The notes beneath the pieces are model-generated. The model saw only the letters and a program-made list of their open reading frames with translations, did not search any database and had not been told where the DNA came from. From a bacterium (GTDB lineage: Bacteria > Auribacterota > UBA3054), in contig JAFZID010000167.1 in NCBI GenBank assembly GCA_017554565.1, positions 1-55,012 of the forward strand: a stretch of DNA of 55,012 bases, read 5' to 3'. A program made the position numbers and the translations under genes. Below are positions 35,501 to 44,200 of the stretch, piece after piece. The first letter of the stretch is position 1. The number at the start of each line of letters is the position of its first letter.

Positions 35501-38488
35501 ATCGTATTCAAGCGCTTCTCTGTTCTCCCGCTCCAAAAGACCAGTGTGTTCTCTGGCGTTGATTCTTACAATATCACCGGAAGAGAAAAGTTTTCCGTAG
35601 TAATCAAGTCCTACCGACACATCTTCTTTTAGTTTTCCAGAACATCCTTTTCTCAAACAATGAGCATCTTTCCAAAGAGCCTTGTTATTCTCGGAAACAG
35701 CATAAGTGATTCCACAGGTCTCGCATCTCTCAAAAGATACTTTATCGCTGATAATAACCTTAGATTTATCGATAGCAAAGATGCTGTACTCATCGTTTGC
35801 TTGAATATTAACTACCAATCCGCTCCTCACAAGCTCTTCAATGATAATATTGCAGACAGCACCTGCAGTATCTTCCATTATGATGTCGCTGCACGACAAT
35901 ATCCAAGATACATATTTCTTATCATTAATAGAATCAAACGTTGTTCTCTTCCTGCCTATACCATTCAATTGGTATATAAAGCGCGGAAGATTCCTGCCTG
36001 CCTGCAAGCCAGGAAGCCATTTTTCTTCGCTATTCGACAATAAATACGCTACACCATCATTTCTCAAATACTTTGAGAAACAATCATCATTAAAAGCGCC
36101 ATTTTGAGCCATTATCTTAAGATAACCAGCTACCATTTGAATAAAAGCATCTAATCCAACCTTATCCAAATTTCCAATTTCATTAACAGCTCTTTCATGA
36201 ACAACCTTGCCAACCTCTGAAATCACATCTGTTGGGAATTCCAAGCATGAACAGCCAGATTTTTCCAAAGTTCTACCAATTCTGCTAGCGAGTCCATATT
36301 CAAGCATAATCTCGTAGGATATACGCTTTTCAATATTCTTCATTAACGTTAAGGCTCTTTCATCATCACCAAACTTGCGCCTATTTATCATTTCTTCATA
36401 AGCGCTCATCCATACCATGTTAGGAGCAATAAAGAAACTCACGAAAGTCTCATTATCCCACTTGGCATGATAATATTTGATGAACCCTCTAGTAAAATCA
36501 ACAAAATTTAAACCTGCTCCACCATCTTGAACATATCTTTGAATAGCACTTCTAAGTCCAAATCTCCAAGTTCTAGCATTGAAAAAGCCCGCTCTATGCG
36601 CAGCATCTTGAACATTATCGGAAAAAGCCAATAACTTCTTATCATCGTTGAACTTCGAGGCAAAAATCTGTGATATTTCAGTACTGATCTCTGTTGCGCT
36701 CCTTAGACCCATTAGAGATAGGCCCCTCTTAGATCCGCAGAAGGGACAAACATATTGCTTAATATCTTGAGAGCCGCTTCTGGTTCGTTCTGGGGTTGCT
36801 ATGATAATATCTATCATCTCTGTACCGCAACTGTCACAGAGATTAGATTCTCTTTCAGCAGTTTGAACTTTAAGACAGTTAGGACATATACGACCATGAT
36901 CAGTCCTTCCGGGATGATCTTCATGATTATGAGGAAACATCATTACAACCTGTTCATCAGCATTGAAAAATAGATTATAAAAGGTTTCCAATTTCGTTAA
37001 AGTAGCGTTACGATGTTCATCCAATATAGATGTCCAGCCTGTTGCGCCACATTCCCTGCAGTTAACAACCGGTAAATAGTATTTAACCTGTTGTTCATTG
37101 AGATCATTAGCCAAGGCATAAGAAATCTCCTTACCAGATACCTTAGCCAACAATCTTCTAAGTTCCCTAATCCACAATTGTATTTGAACATTTAAGAAGG
37201 GACGCAACTTTTCAGGCTTTCCGGTACGCGCATGAGAAATCAAGGCAAGCAAAGCATTAACTGCTGCTTCAGCATCCTTAATTTCACCTAAAGCAGGATA
37301 TTCTGTTTTTAACGCTTCAATTATTGTGCTTACTTGGTAATATTTCCCTTTGATTAGACCTATCATTGATTGCATAAAGCTATGATGCATCAAATGATTC
37401 CCTAATTCTATCCTCCCTTCTGGCGTTAATATATCAACGCCATGCAAATTAGTCCAAGCAACAGCAGCTTCTTTTAGATATTCTTTTTCACTATCCTGAT
37501 CAACAAGGTTATTCAAACGAGCAATTTGATCAATCGTCGGAAAAGTCTTATCAGTTATTTCTTGCCCAGAAAAGAATTCTTCAGGACTTAATCTATCCTC
37601 AGTTACAACTGCATCTTCATCAAAAGGCTCTCCAAATACCTCTTCGGCATACTCCAATATATTCTCTTCATTCTCTTTTGATCCCATTGTAGCTGAAGTG
37701 CCAATACAGCAGATATGCTTTTCAGGAGTTGCCAATCTTGATTTAAGTCTTCTTAGCAAGCAGGCCAGATCTGTTCCTTGCGCTCCATCAAAGGTATGGA
37801 ATTCATCCACCGCCACAAACTTCAAAGTTTCTGGACCATTGTCTTTCCAAAGCTTAGCATCCTTCGGACGAACTAAAAGATAATCCAGCATCTTATAGTT
37901 CGTCATAAGGATATCCGGCGGATTAGACAACATTATTTCTCTGTCGGTAATCACCTTATCAGCTGTCATAACTTGATTAGGAACCAGTTCGAATCCACCC
38001 ACATACATTCCAGCCGTAACATTACCACGCAATTCAGGACTATTCCAAATCAATTCCGCAATACGTTTAGCCTGGTCTGAAGCCAAGGCATTCATAGGAT
38101 AAATAATCAGGGCTTTAATGCCTTTCTCTCCTCTGTGCCTATAGCAATACTCCAATATCGGATACAAGAAGCATTCTGTTTTACCAGAGCCAGTACCAGT
38201 AGCAATCAGAGTTGAACGACTGTCCTCTCCTGTCAATCTCTCAAAAGCAATCTGTTGATGCACATAAGGAAGATAAGCCGGATGTATCGCAGTAAAGCAC
38301 TTAGGCATCTCACTAGCAACGCGGAAAGGAAGGCGTACTGAGATATAAGGATCGTGATAAACAGCGTCCTTAGTTTCAAGCATCTTACGAATAGAACCAC
38401 GGAATGGTTCGTTCGTCATCGGAAAGGTCGTCTCTATATAATCAGAGATACCTTTCTCTAGTTGTTTTGCTAGTATTGATGGTAACAT
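32522..38488 (-). CDS. Giant (1988 aa) DEAD/DEAH-box helicase fused to a DUF1998-type zinc module and a C-terminal PD-(D/E)xK-like domain (DrmA+DrmB-like)
   Basis: Walker A is ATGTGSGKTE (aa about 97) and the DExH box is VDEFHTFDG (aa about 228). Motif VI QRTGRAGRKDG lies at aa about 1043. Cys clusters are CPNC...CPRC (about 1340), CKHC (about 1468) and GCYHCLYAYRQSRN (about 1619). PDFIIRP...VAIFTDGYKYHKD lies at about 1733-1765. Confidence 0.9.
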   Translation of the reverse strand: MLPSILAKQLEKGISDYIETTFPMTNEPFRGSIRKMLETKDAVYHDPYISVRLPFRVASEMPKCFTAIHPAYLPYVHQQIAFERLTGEDSRSTLIATGTGSGKTECFLYPILEYCYRHRGEKGIKALIIYPMNALASDQAKRIAELIWNSPELRGNVTAGMYVGGFELVPNQVMTADKVITDREIMLSNPPDILMTNYKMLDYLLVRPKDAKLWKDNGPETLKFVAVDEFHTFDGAQGTDLACLLRRLKSRLATPEKHICCIGTSATMGSKENEENILEYAEEVFGEPFDEDAVVTEDRLSPEEFFSGQEITDKTFPTIDQIARLNNLVDQDSEKEYLKEAAVAWTNLHGVDILTPEGRIELGNHLMHHSFMQSMIGLIKGKYYQVSTIIEALKTEYPALGEIKDAEAAVNALLALISHARTGKPEKLRPFLNVQIQLWIRELRRLLAKVSGKEISYALANDLNEQQVKYYLPVVNCRECGATGWTSILDEHRNATLTKLETFYNLFFNADEQVVMMFPHNHEDHPGRTDHGRICPNCLKVQTAERESNLCDSCGTEMIDIIIATPERTRSGSQDIKQYVCPFCGSKRGLSLMGLRSATEISTEISQIFASKFNDDKKLLAFSDNVQDAAHRAGFFNARTWRFGLRSAIQRYVQDGGAGLNFVDFTRGFIKYYHAKWDNETFVSFFIAPNMVWMSAYEEMINRRKFGDDERALTLMKNIEKRISYEIMLEYGLASRIGRTLEKSGCSCLEFPTDVISEVGKVVHERAVNEIGNLDKVGLDAFIQMVAGYLKIMAQNGAFNDDCFSKYLRNDGVAYLLSNSEEKWLPGLQAGRNLPRFIYQLNGIGRKRTTFDSINDKKYVSWILSCSDIIMEDTAGAVCNIIIEELVRSGLVVNIQANDEYSIFAIDKSKVIISDKVSFERCETCGITYAVSENNKALWKDAHCLRKGCSGKLKEDVSVGLDYYGKLFSSGDIVRINAREHTGLLERENREALEYDFKRKKDSSKMWDPNVLSCTPTLEMGIDIGDLSSIVLCSVPPAQAQFLQRTGRAGRKDGNALTLAIASAKPHDSYFYSEPLEMIEGNVVSPKIFLKASAVLERQFVAYCMDTWVKAGATEDSIPKNVSLVLNKLDAHPADAFPFNFLLYVQDNLTQLLSSFIQLFSNYIDEIAKKELKEFVKGVDFKSPMHLQVLEAFNALKKQRDSLSKSIKELNMMIKDLEKKPKDSSYEKEIKELKSEKNALINVVKEINRKDIFNFLSDEGLLPNYAFPESGIILRAVLYRKDDGDEGASKYSKSTYEYRRSASIALTEFAPNNNFYVDGRKLKVDQVDLTSAQFEKWRLCPNCSHAEIEVSGENTATCPRCGSPGWADAGQVRNMLKVQMVYSNMKYADSLISDDSDGRTNTFYCKQLLVDVDEGNDVTCAYQMDNDEFSFGYEFVKKATLRDINFGELTQVGEKLMVSGVEEVRNGFRICKHCGKIQTDQNNNAHTFYCKTRKSPSGEENPYEDCLFLYREFTTEALRILIPATTLDSSKVRTESFTAAFMLGMKEYFGNVDHLRAVVSEVPVTDADYSKQYLVIYDSVPGGTGYLKQLMNQEGSLIDILERALQKLEDCSCKDDPQKDGCYHCLYAYRQSRNIGNISRNTAISILKKILSGKNKLTKIKKLADVPVNTLFDSELERLFISAIPKMGNSSRKVEIEKSIINGKEGYNLKVNDAEWEIEPQVKLDHTQGVKVTCKPDFIIRPKNNDKKLPVAIFTDGYKYHKDNVADDTLKREAIRRSGKYRVWVLSWHDVKSAFSIQSNYATPTLIPEQMPSNIYHPTVGYLKAEKLKPYRMSTLELLMQYLELDNAEYLFQAQAKAYSLSLLVPNATQNNEGFDSWINQIKIINDQVHFVEDEFVYLETLFGTWSPRGTDAHINVYAGVPFNKIKFDPYCPISVCAMLDDRLDSRTNKYEQEWNGFWHFFNVMQFSPGFVALCNTGLDTYRYESLF

Positions 38489-38509
38489 GCTGCATATCTC
38501 CCAACATAA

Positions 38510-39637
38510 TTATTTTCTAAAATACTGTTCACTAACTTTTCTAAAAAGTGAATTCTTAACCAGATATAAATTTCCCTTTGTTCTAGTTAATGCAACATAA
38601 AGTTTATTTACAGTTGATATCGGAATACCATCAACCGAAAAATCATCTTTATCAAGACTTTCAAAATTATCTGTAAGTATGACACAAACTTCATTAAAGG
38701 TATCACCTTTCGAATATGACCAATTCATAGAATTAAACGAAAACCTTTCGGAATCTCTAAATACAAGTTTTAGCAAAGAACGATTATCTAAATAACTAAT
38801 TAATTTTTCTTCATCCTCTATCCATAAAACATTACCATTATTTTTCCCATCAGATTCAATATTAATTCCTAATTTCTCTTTTACAAAAGAACAAACATTA
38901 TCTGAACATCTTCTCGACTTATTTAAAGATGTATCATCAATTTTGAAATGTAGTTTTTTAAGCTCTTTAACAAAATCAGCATAAGTAACATCCGTCTTGC
39001 CGGCTTTAAAAGGTTTCCCAGAATTATTAATTGCGGATACTGAATGTTGATAATAATCACCGACAAGAAGAATATTATTTAAAATATAAGAAATAGAAAT
39101 TATAAGTTCAAAATCAAATTCTCTGAAATCTTGAAATTCATCTATAAGAACTTTATCAAAAAATAAATTTAATCTGTTTGTAGCTCGTTTTAATATTTTG
39201 TTCTTCTTAGCATCCATAAACATAATCATTTCTGATAACCTAGAACAGTAATAATAACCAAACTGGTCAACATAATGTCCAAAACAATCCTTATTAATGT
39301 AATATGGATTATGAAAACATCTTCCACCTTTCTTAATTATATTAGGAGGAGGACTTGAGGTAGTTATACCTTTAATCAAAAAAGTATCACATTTAAAAAA
39401 AGTTTTAATTGTGGGTTCATACGGGCATACAAAAAACCTATAAACAAATGCATCAAATGTCAATATTGTAGTTTTTGTTGGAATACAACCATAGGCAATC
39501 AATAGTTCTTTTCGAATATTATGAATATTTTCGTGCGTAAAGGCTAGGATAAGATTTCTCTCACCCAAATTAATAGAATGACAAATAAAATAGGTTTTTC
39601 CTGCGCCTGCAACAGCTAAATTTATTTGCTTATCCAT
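38510..39637 (-). CDS. Short UvrD/PcrA/Rep-like SF1 helicase (GajB-like)
   Basis: Motif I is AVAGAGKTY and motif II is VLIDEFQDF. It also has GDYYQ, SRRCS and motif VI YVALTRTKGNLYLV. The start overlaps the upstream OLD gene by 16 nt. Confidence 0.8.
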   Translation of the reverse strand: MDKQINLAVAGAGKTYFICHSINLGERNLILAFTHENIHNIRKELLIAYGCIPTKTTILTFDAFVYRFFVCPYEPTIKTFFKCDTFLIKGITTSSPPPNIIKKGGRCFHNPYYINKDCFGHYVDQFGYYYCSRLSEMIMFMDAKKNKILKRATNRLNLFFDKVLIDEFQDFREFDFELIISISYILNNILLVGDYYQHSVSAINNSGKPFKAGKTDVTYADFVKELKKLHFKIDDTSLNKSRRCSDNVCSFVKEKLGINIESDGKNNGNVLWIEDEEKLISYLDNRSLLKLVFRDSERFSFNSMNWSYSKGDTFNEVCVILTDNFESLDKDDFSVDGIPISTVNKLYVALTRTKGNLYLVKNSLFRKVSEQYFRK

Positions 39638-41211
39638 TCTATAGCATCCTCAACATATTTTGGTATTAAAAATTTTTCCTCAGACAATAGCATTTTATAT
39701 GCTGAATCAACTTTATTATTAAGCATTTTTCCAAGAACTGGGTCTTGATCATAATCTTTATCATGATATTTGTAATTAGCTCCAGACTTAACTTCAATTA
39801 TATTTTCAAGTAAATTTTTATTGTTATTATAAATGCATACTTCCCAAGTAAATTCATTTAAATCCTCTGGAATAAATATTCTTTGTAATTTCCTTCCTTC
39901 ATCCTTGTTAAATGAATCAGCATCATCTAATTTGCTCTTTTTACCATCATTATCTGTTATCACAGCTATCTTTTTATTTAGGCAGTTCACAGTTCTTAGA
40001 TAGTTCTTATAAGAAATTCCGTTGCAAGAGATAACGGAAATTTCATCAGCATCAATCGTTCTGCCTGTTTGAAGTTTATAAAAATAAGGAATTAACATAT
40101 ATTCTGTAGCTCCCTCGACCAAAATTACTTTTTTAGATAATAAGAATTGTAAAAATGAATTGTCATCAGCTTTAACAAAGAAATCAGCCACATCATTATC
40201 AACAGATTCTAGCGATACAGACTCAAAATCGTTTATCCAAATAACATGTTTAAGATTAAGTCGGCTTGTAATTAAATTGCTATGCGTCGTAACAATAATT
40301 TGAGAATCATCTTTTTTATTGGAAATTTCATGTAACATTTTTATCAATGTTGTATAGCTTAAATGATTTTCTGGTTCCTCAATCAAAATTACATCAAGGT
40401 TGTTTTTCTTATTTAAAGCTATTTGAGTTTTGATCAAGCTCTCCATACCACTACCACGATTTTCAAGTGATATAGATTCTTCGTAAACAGATAAAATGGT
40501 ATCTAAAACAACTTTTTTGCTATCGACTCCAAATTTTCTTCTTTCATCAATATCCGGAAGCTCTATTTCTTTAAATGCTTCTTCTAGTTTATCTCGGAAA
40601 ATATTTTTGGCTCTTTGACGTTCTTTATCATCATATTTACTATTAAATAAAGATTTATTAAAGTAGCTAAAAGAAGGATAGCCGAAATTAGTTGTATCAA
40701 TTGATATGAAATTTAGTGGACGTTTAATTAATTGATATGGCCTATTAGCAAAAGTCGTCCAAGACATTTCATAATACTCGTATGGAATTTTTCCCTGAGA
40801 TATAAATTCATTTAAGCCTTCTCCGATATCATCATTAAATTTACATTCAAATCGTATGCCATATTTTTCTTCTTGTGAAATTTGTTTACCATAAACTTCT
40901 CCAAAAAAATATTCAGCGTTTTTATTATCCTTTTCAAGATTAAATTCAATTTCAATTAAAATTTTTGGAAGAGTCTTAACACTAGGATTATCTTTAAATT
41001 CATTAACACAAGTCACGTTAAATAAATCACACAATATTGACTTATCAGAACTCCTATATTGTTGATTTAAGACAACCTTTATTGCTTCTAAAATAGTACT
41101 TTTCCCCGACTCGTTTTCTCCAACAAGAATATTCATACTTTCATTGAAATTAATCTGAAAATCTTTGAATTTCTTGAATCCATTTATTGTCAAACTTTTA
41201 ATATGATTCAT
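39622..41211 (-). CDS. OLD-family ATP-dependent nuclease: ABC-type ATPase plus Toprim (GajA-like, class 2 OLD)
   Basis: Walker A is VGENESGKST and Walker B is VILIEEPENHL, followed by VTTHS. Toprim elements are VILVEGATEY (Glu) and VITDNDG (DxD). Confidence 0.85.
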   Translation of the reverse strand: MNHIKSLTINGFKKFKDFQINFNESMNILVGENESGKSTILEAIKVVLNQQYRSSDKSILCDLFNVTCVNEFKDNPSVKTLPKILIEIEFNLEKDNKNAEYFFGEVYGKQISQEEKYGIRFECKFNDDIGEGLNEFISQGKIPYEYYEMSWTTFANRPYQLIKRPLNFISIDTTNFGYPSFSYFNKSLFNSKYDDKERQRAKNIFRDKLEEAFKEIELPDIDERRKFGVDSKKVVLDTILSVYEESISLENRGSGMESLIKTQIALNKKNNLDVILIEEPENHLSYTTLIKMLHEISNKKDDSQIIVTTHSNLITSRLNLKHVIWINDFESVSLESVDNDVADFFVKADDNSFLQFLLSKKVILVEGATEYMLIPYFYKLQTGRTIDADEISVISCNGISYKNYLRTVNCLNKKIAVITDNDGKKSKLDDADSFNKDEGRKLQRIFIPEDLNEFTWEVCIYNNNKNLLENIIEVKSGANYKYHDKDYDQDPVLGKMLNNKVDSAYKMLLSEEKFLIPKYVEDAIEWISK

Positions 41212-41222
41212 AATAGTGTCTC

Positions 41223-44200
41223 CTATATTTTTCCATATTTATCTTCAAAGAATTTCCATGCCGTTTCATAATCCTTTTCTCGATCGCATCTATCAAAAGG
41301 TGCAATGTATTCAATCGTACGTTCAACTGGACCTCCAGGCATAGTATCATCCGTTACAGTACGATAAAATTTTTCACCTGCTGGAGCCCCTTTTTTCCCA
41401 TTTTCCCATTCTTGACGAGAATAACCAACACCTGTTAAACTGCGATTGTTAGTGAAAACTATGCGGCCATTTGCATCGTACCAGGTATCTGATTCATACT
41501 CTTTAAGTATATAAAATTGGCTTTGATAAATAGAAATAAGTTGTTTAAGAGATATACCCAAAGCCATTGCAACAAGAACATCAATTTCTATTAACGCTTG
41601 TCTGCGTTCAAAATCAGTACGAAGAGGACAATTCTTATCCCACTTTGATGATAAAGAAAGGAAATGATCATTGCTAAGTCTGCTATCTATTTTAGCCCAT
41701 TTTCTTTCCCTAAAGGTATTGTGCCAACATTCTTCCCATAATTTTGAATAATGACTTGTTAAGCAATTTAAGACAAGAGCAATACAAGATGCTTCAAGAA
41801 TTTTATCATTATTTATAAAAGGAAGAGGCCTTAATAAACCAATCCCACCAGAATTCTTACCTGTACATTTAATATAAAAATCATAGGGCAATGATGATAA
41901 TAACGATTCAACAAAAGGTAGTTTATTTATGTGTTTAAATCCTATTTCTAAGACGGCATGTACATGTCCGATTTTTGGTGAAAGTATTGCAGGAACTAGT
42001 GTTCTTTCTCCGCCTTGTCCAAGCATATTTCGCATAAAAATACGATAATTTAAATAAGATTTTTCTCCCCAAGGAGTAATTGGAGCTCTGTTATCATATT
42101 CGGTAATATCACATTTAGGGCTATAATTACAACGCTGTAAATAATCATCTGGAATTATAGTTAAATCAATATTGTCATAATCGCTATTCAATCTACACAC
42201 TCTTCTGGAAGCTTTAAACAATGGATTAGAAACCAGAATATGCGGACCAGAGATAATTAGATCTATCGCTGAGTTTGGAAAATGAACATTCCTTTTTATG
42301 GTTCCGTCATTTTGCCTATTAGTTTCGTGCCACATCTCAGAAACAGATATCTCATCAAACATCTTCCCTAAATTAACTTCTTGATTTGCAAAACACTGCA
42401 AAACATCAACATATAGCATTTCGTGTATAACGGGTAGTCGAGCAGTTTCCCATTTCGAACTATTGTCAAATATATTTGCAAAAATAGTTAGTTCTTTTTT
42501 TGATACATGTACTATTCTATTTGGATGTCCTTTAGTACACCATCCATTTTCATCTTTTATTCCAGGTACTGGCAATATAGGATCTCCATCATAACATTCC
42601 TCTATAGTGCTAGGAATATAAAGATTGCTAATAGAGTCAAATTGAGGTAAGTCAAGTGGACCACCATACACATTCAAACTGAATGTAGTATGGTGGTGCA
42701 CTTCGGGAAAAAGTTTACGCTCGTTCGCAAACATAAAATGCTTGCGAAGACGCGGATATAATTTTTCTCGAAGTGCACCACCCTGAGGATCGTCATATAC
42801 ACCCTCAGGGTGAATGAACGCACTAACACCTTGGCTAGTATTAAATTGCCATGCCTGAGGCAAAAAACATTTAAACAAGTTAGTTTGTTGTCCCTTAAGA
42901 TCAATATAATTATGCTCAGAATTCAAAAAAGCTTGTTCTCCAGATAATGATTCGTATTCTGAAAAATACATCTTTTTTGAAGTTTCCGATTCTAAGGCAT
43001 CATTACGAAAATTAGTTGTTTCACTTGCAGTTAATCTTTTAACAGCAAACATTGGTTGAATATCGGAAAGCATTCCCTGCTCGTTCCATTCAATTTTAAT
43101 CCAGGGCGGATTTCCAATAATTAAATCAAATCCTCCATGTTCAGCAAAAAGATCAGCAAACTCAAGCTCCCAATGCATAAAATGATTTTGTTCTGCTATC
43201 TTTTTAACTAGCGCTAATCTTGGGTAAAGGGTGCAGAGTTCTTCGAGATCTACTTGTTTAATATTCTCTTCTTCTGACTCGGCTTCTGGTTGATCTTCGC
43301 TAAACAAATCACCTTGCGTTCCTTTTTGTGTTTTAGGTCTTGAAATTTCTTCCCCAAACAAATCTCCTTGTTTTCCCTGCTTGGATTGAGTGCCCATAAC
43401 ACCACGCAGAATCATATCCATATCTTGGATAAATTCTTGTCTGGTGGGTAGAAGATTGGCTTCAGTGATTGGCCAGAACCAGAGGGCGCACCAGTAGTCC
43501 ATAGCAAATTTGAGTCTTGCGTATGCTCCTGCGTTCTTAGCTCTCTCTGACTTATAGATGTTGGAAAGGTATTTGTCTTTCTCTCGGATAGTCAGATGAT
43601 TATCTTTACGAGAGTCATGTTGACCGTAAATATCAAGAGAGGTTATCGTTTCTCTTTCGAGCAATTGCCTGTCTGAGACTTGCTGTTTCCAGAGAACATC
43701 TACTACTTTTGATAGCTCAATTAGTGAATTGAATTCTTGTTCGGAGTACTTCTTTATAAAATCTTTGTTCCAGTTTTTCATTAGCCTGATATTCTCAGGC
43801 TCCAAATCTTTTATGACCCTGTCTGTATATTTGCACATACCTGGATCACCGGTAAGGAAATGATAGACCTGGAATCTGGAACGAGCGATGTTTCTTCCGC
43901 TGGCATCTAATTTAGTAAAGGGAATACGTTCAGGAGCATTTTCGTACCAGCGTTTTCCGTTTTCTGATGTGGTTAGCTGATTCTTATGATAGACCTGGCG
44001 TCTAGCTCCTATAAGGGAGTTGCCGTTTACTAGCTGTGTTCCGAACCAAGGAACATAGCCGCCTTCGTAAATAGTGTTGAGCCAGAGTGAGACTTCAGCT
44101 AGCTCTACAGCAACAGGGTTAAGGTCAATGCCATAAACGTTGTTGTCGGCAATATACATTTTGACCTTCTGGAGTTCCTGTAAGCGTTTATCGGCAGGGA

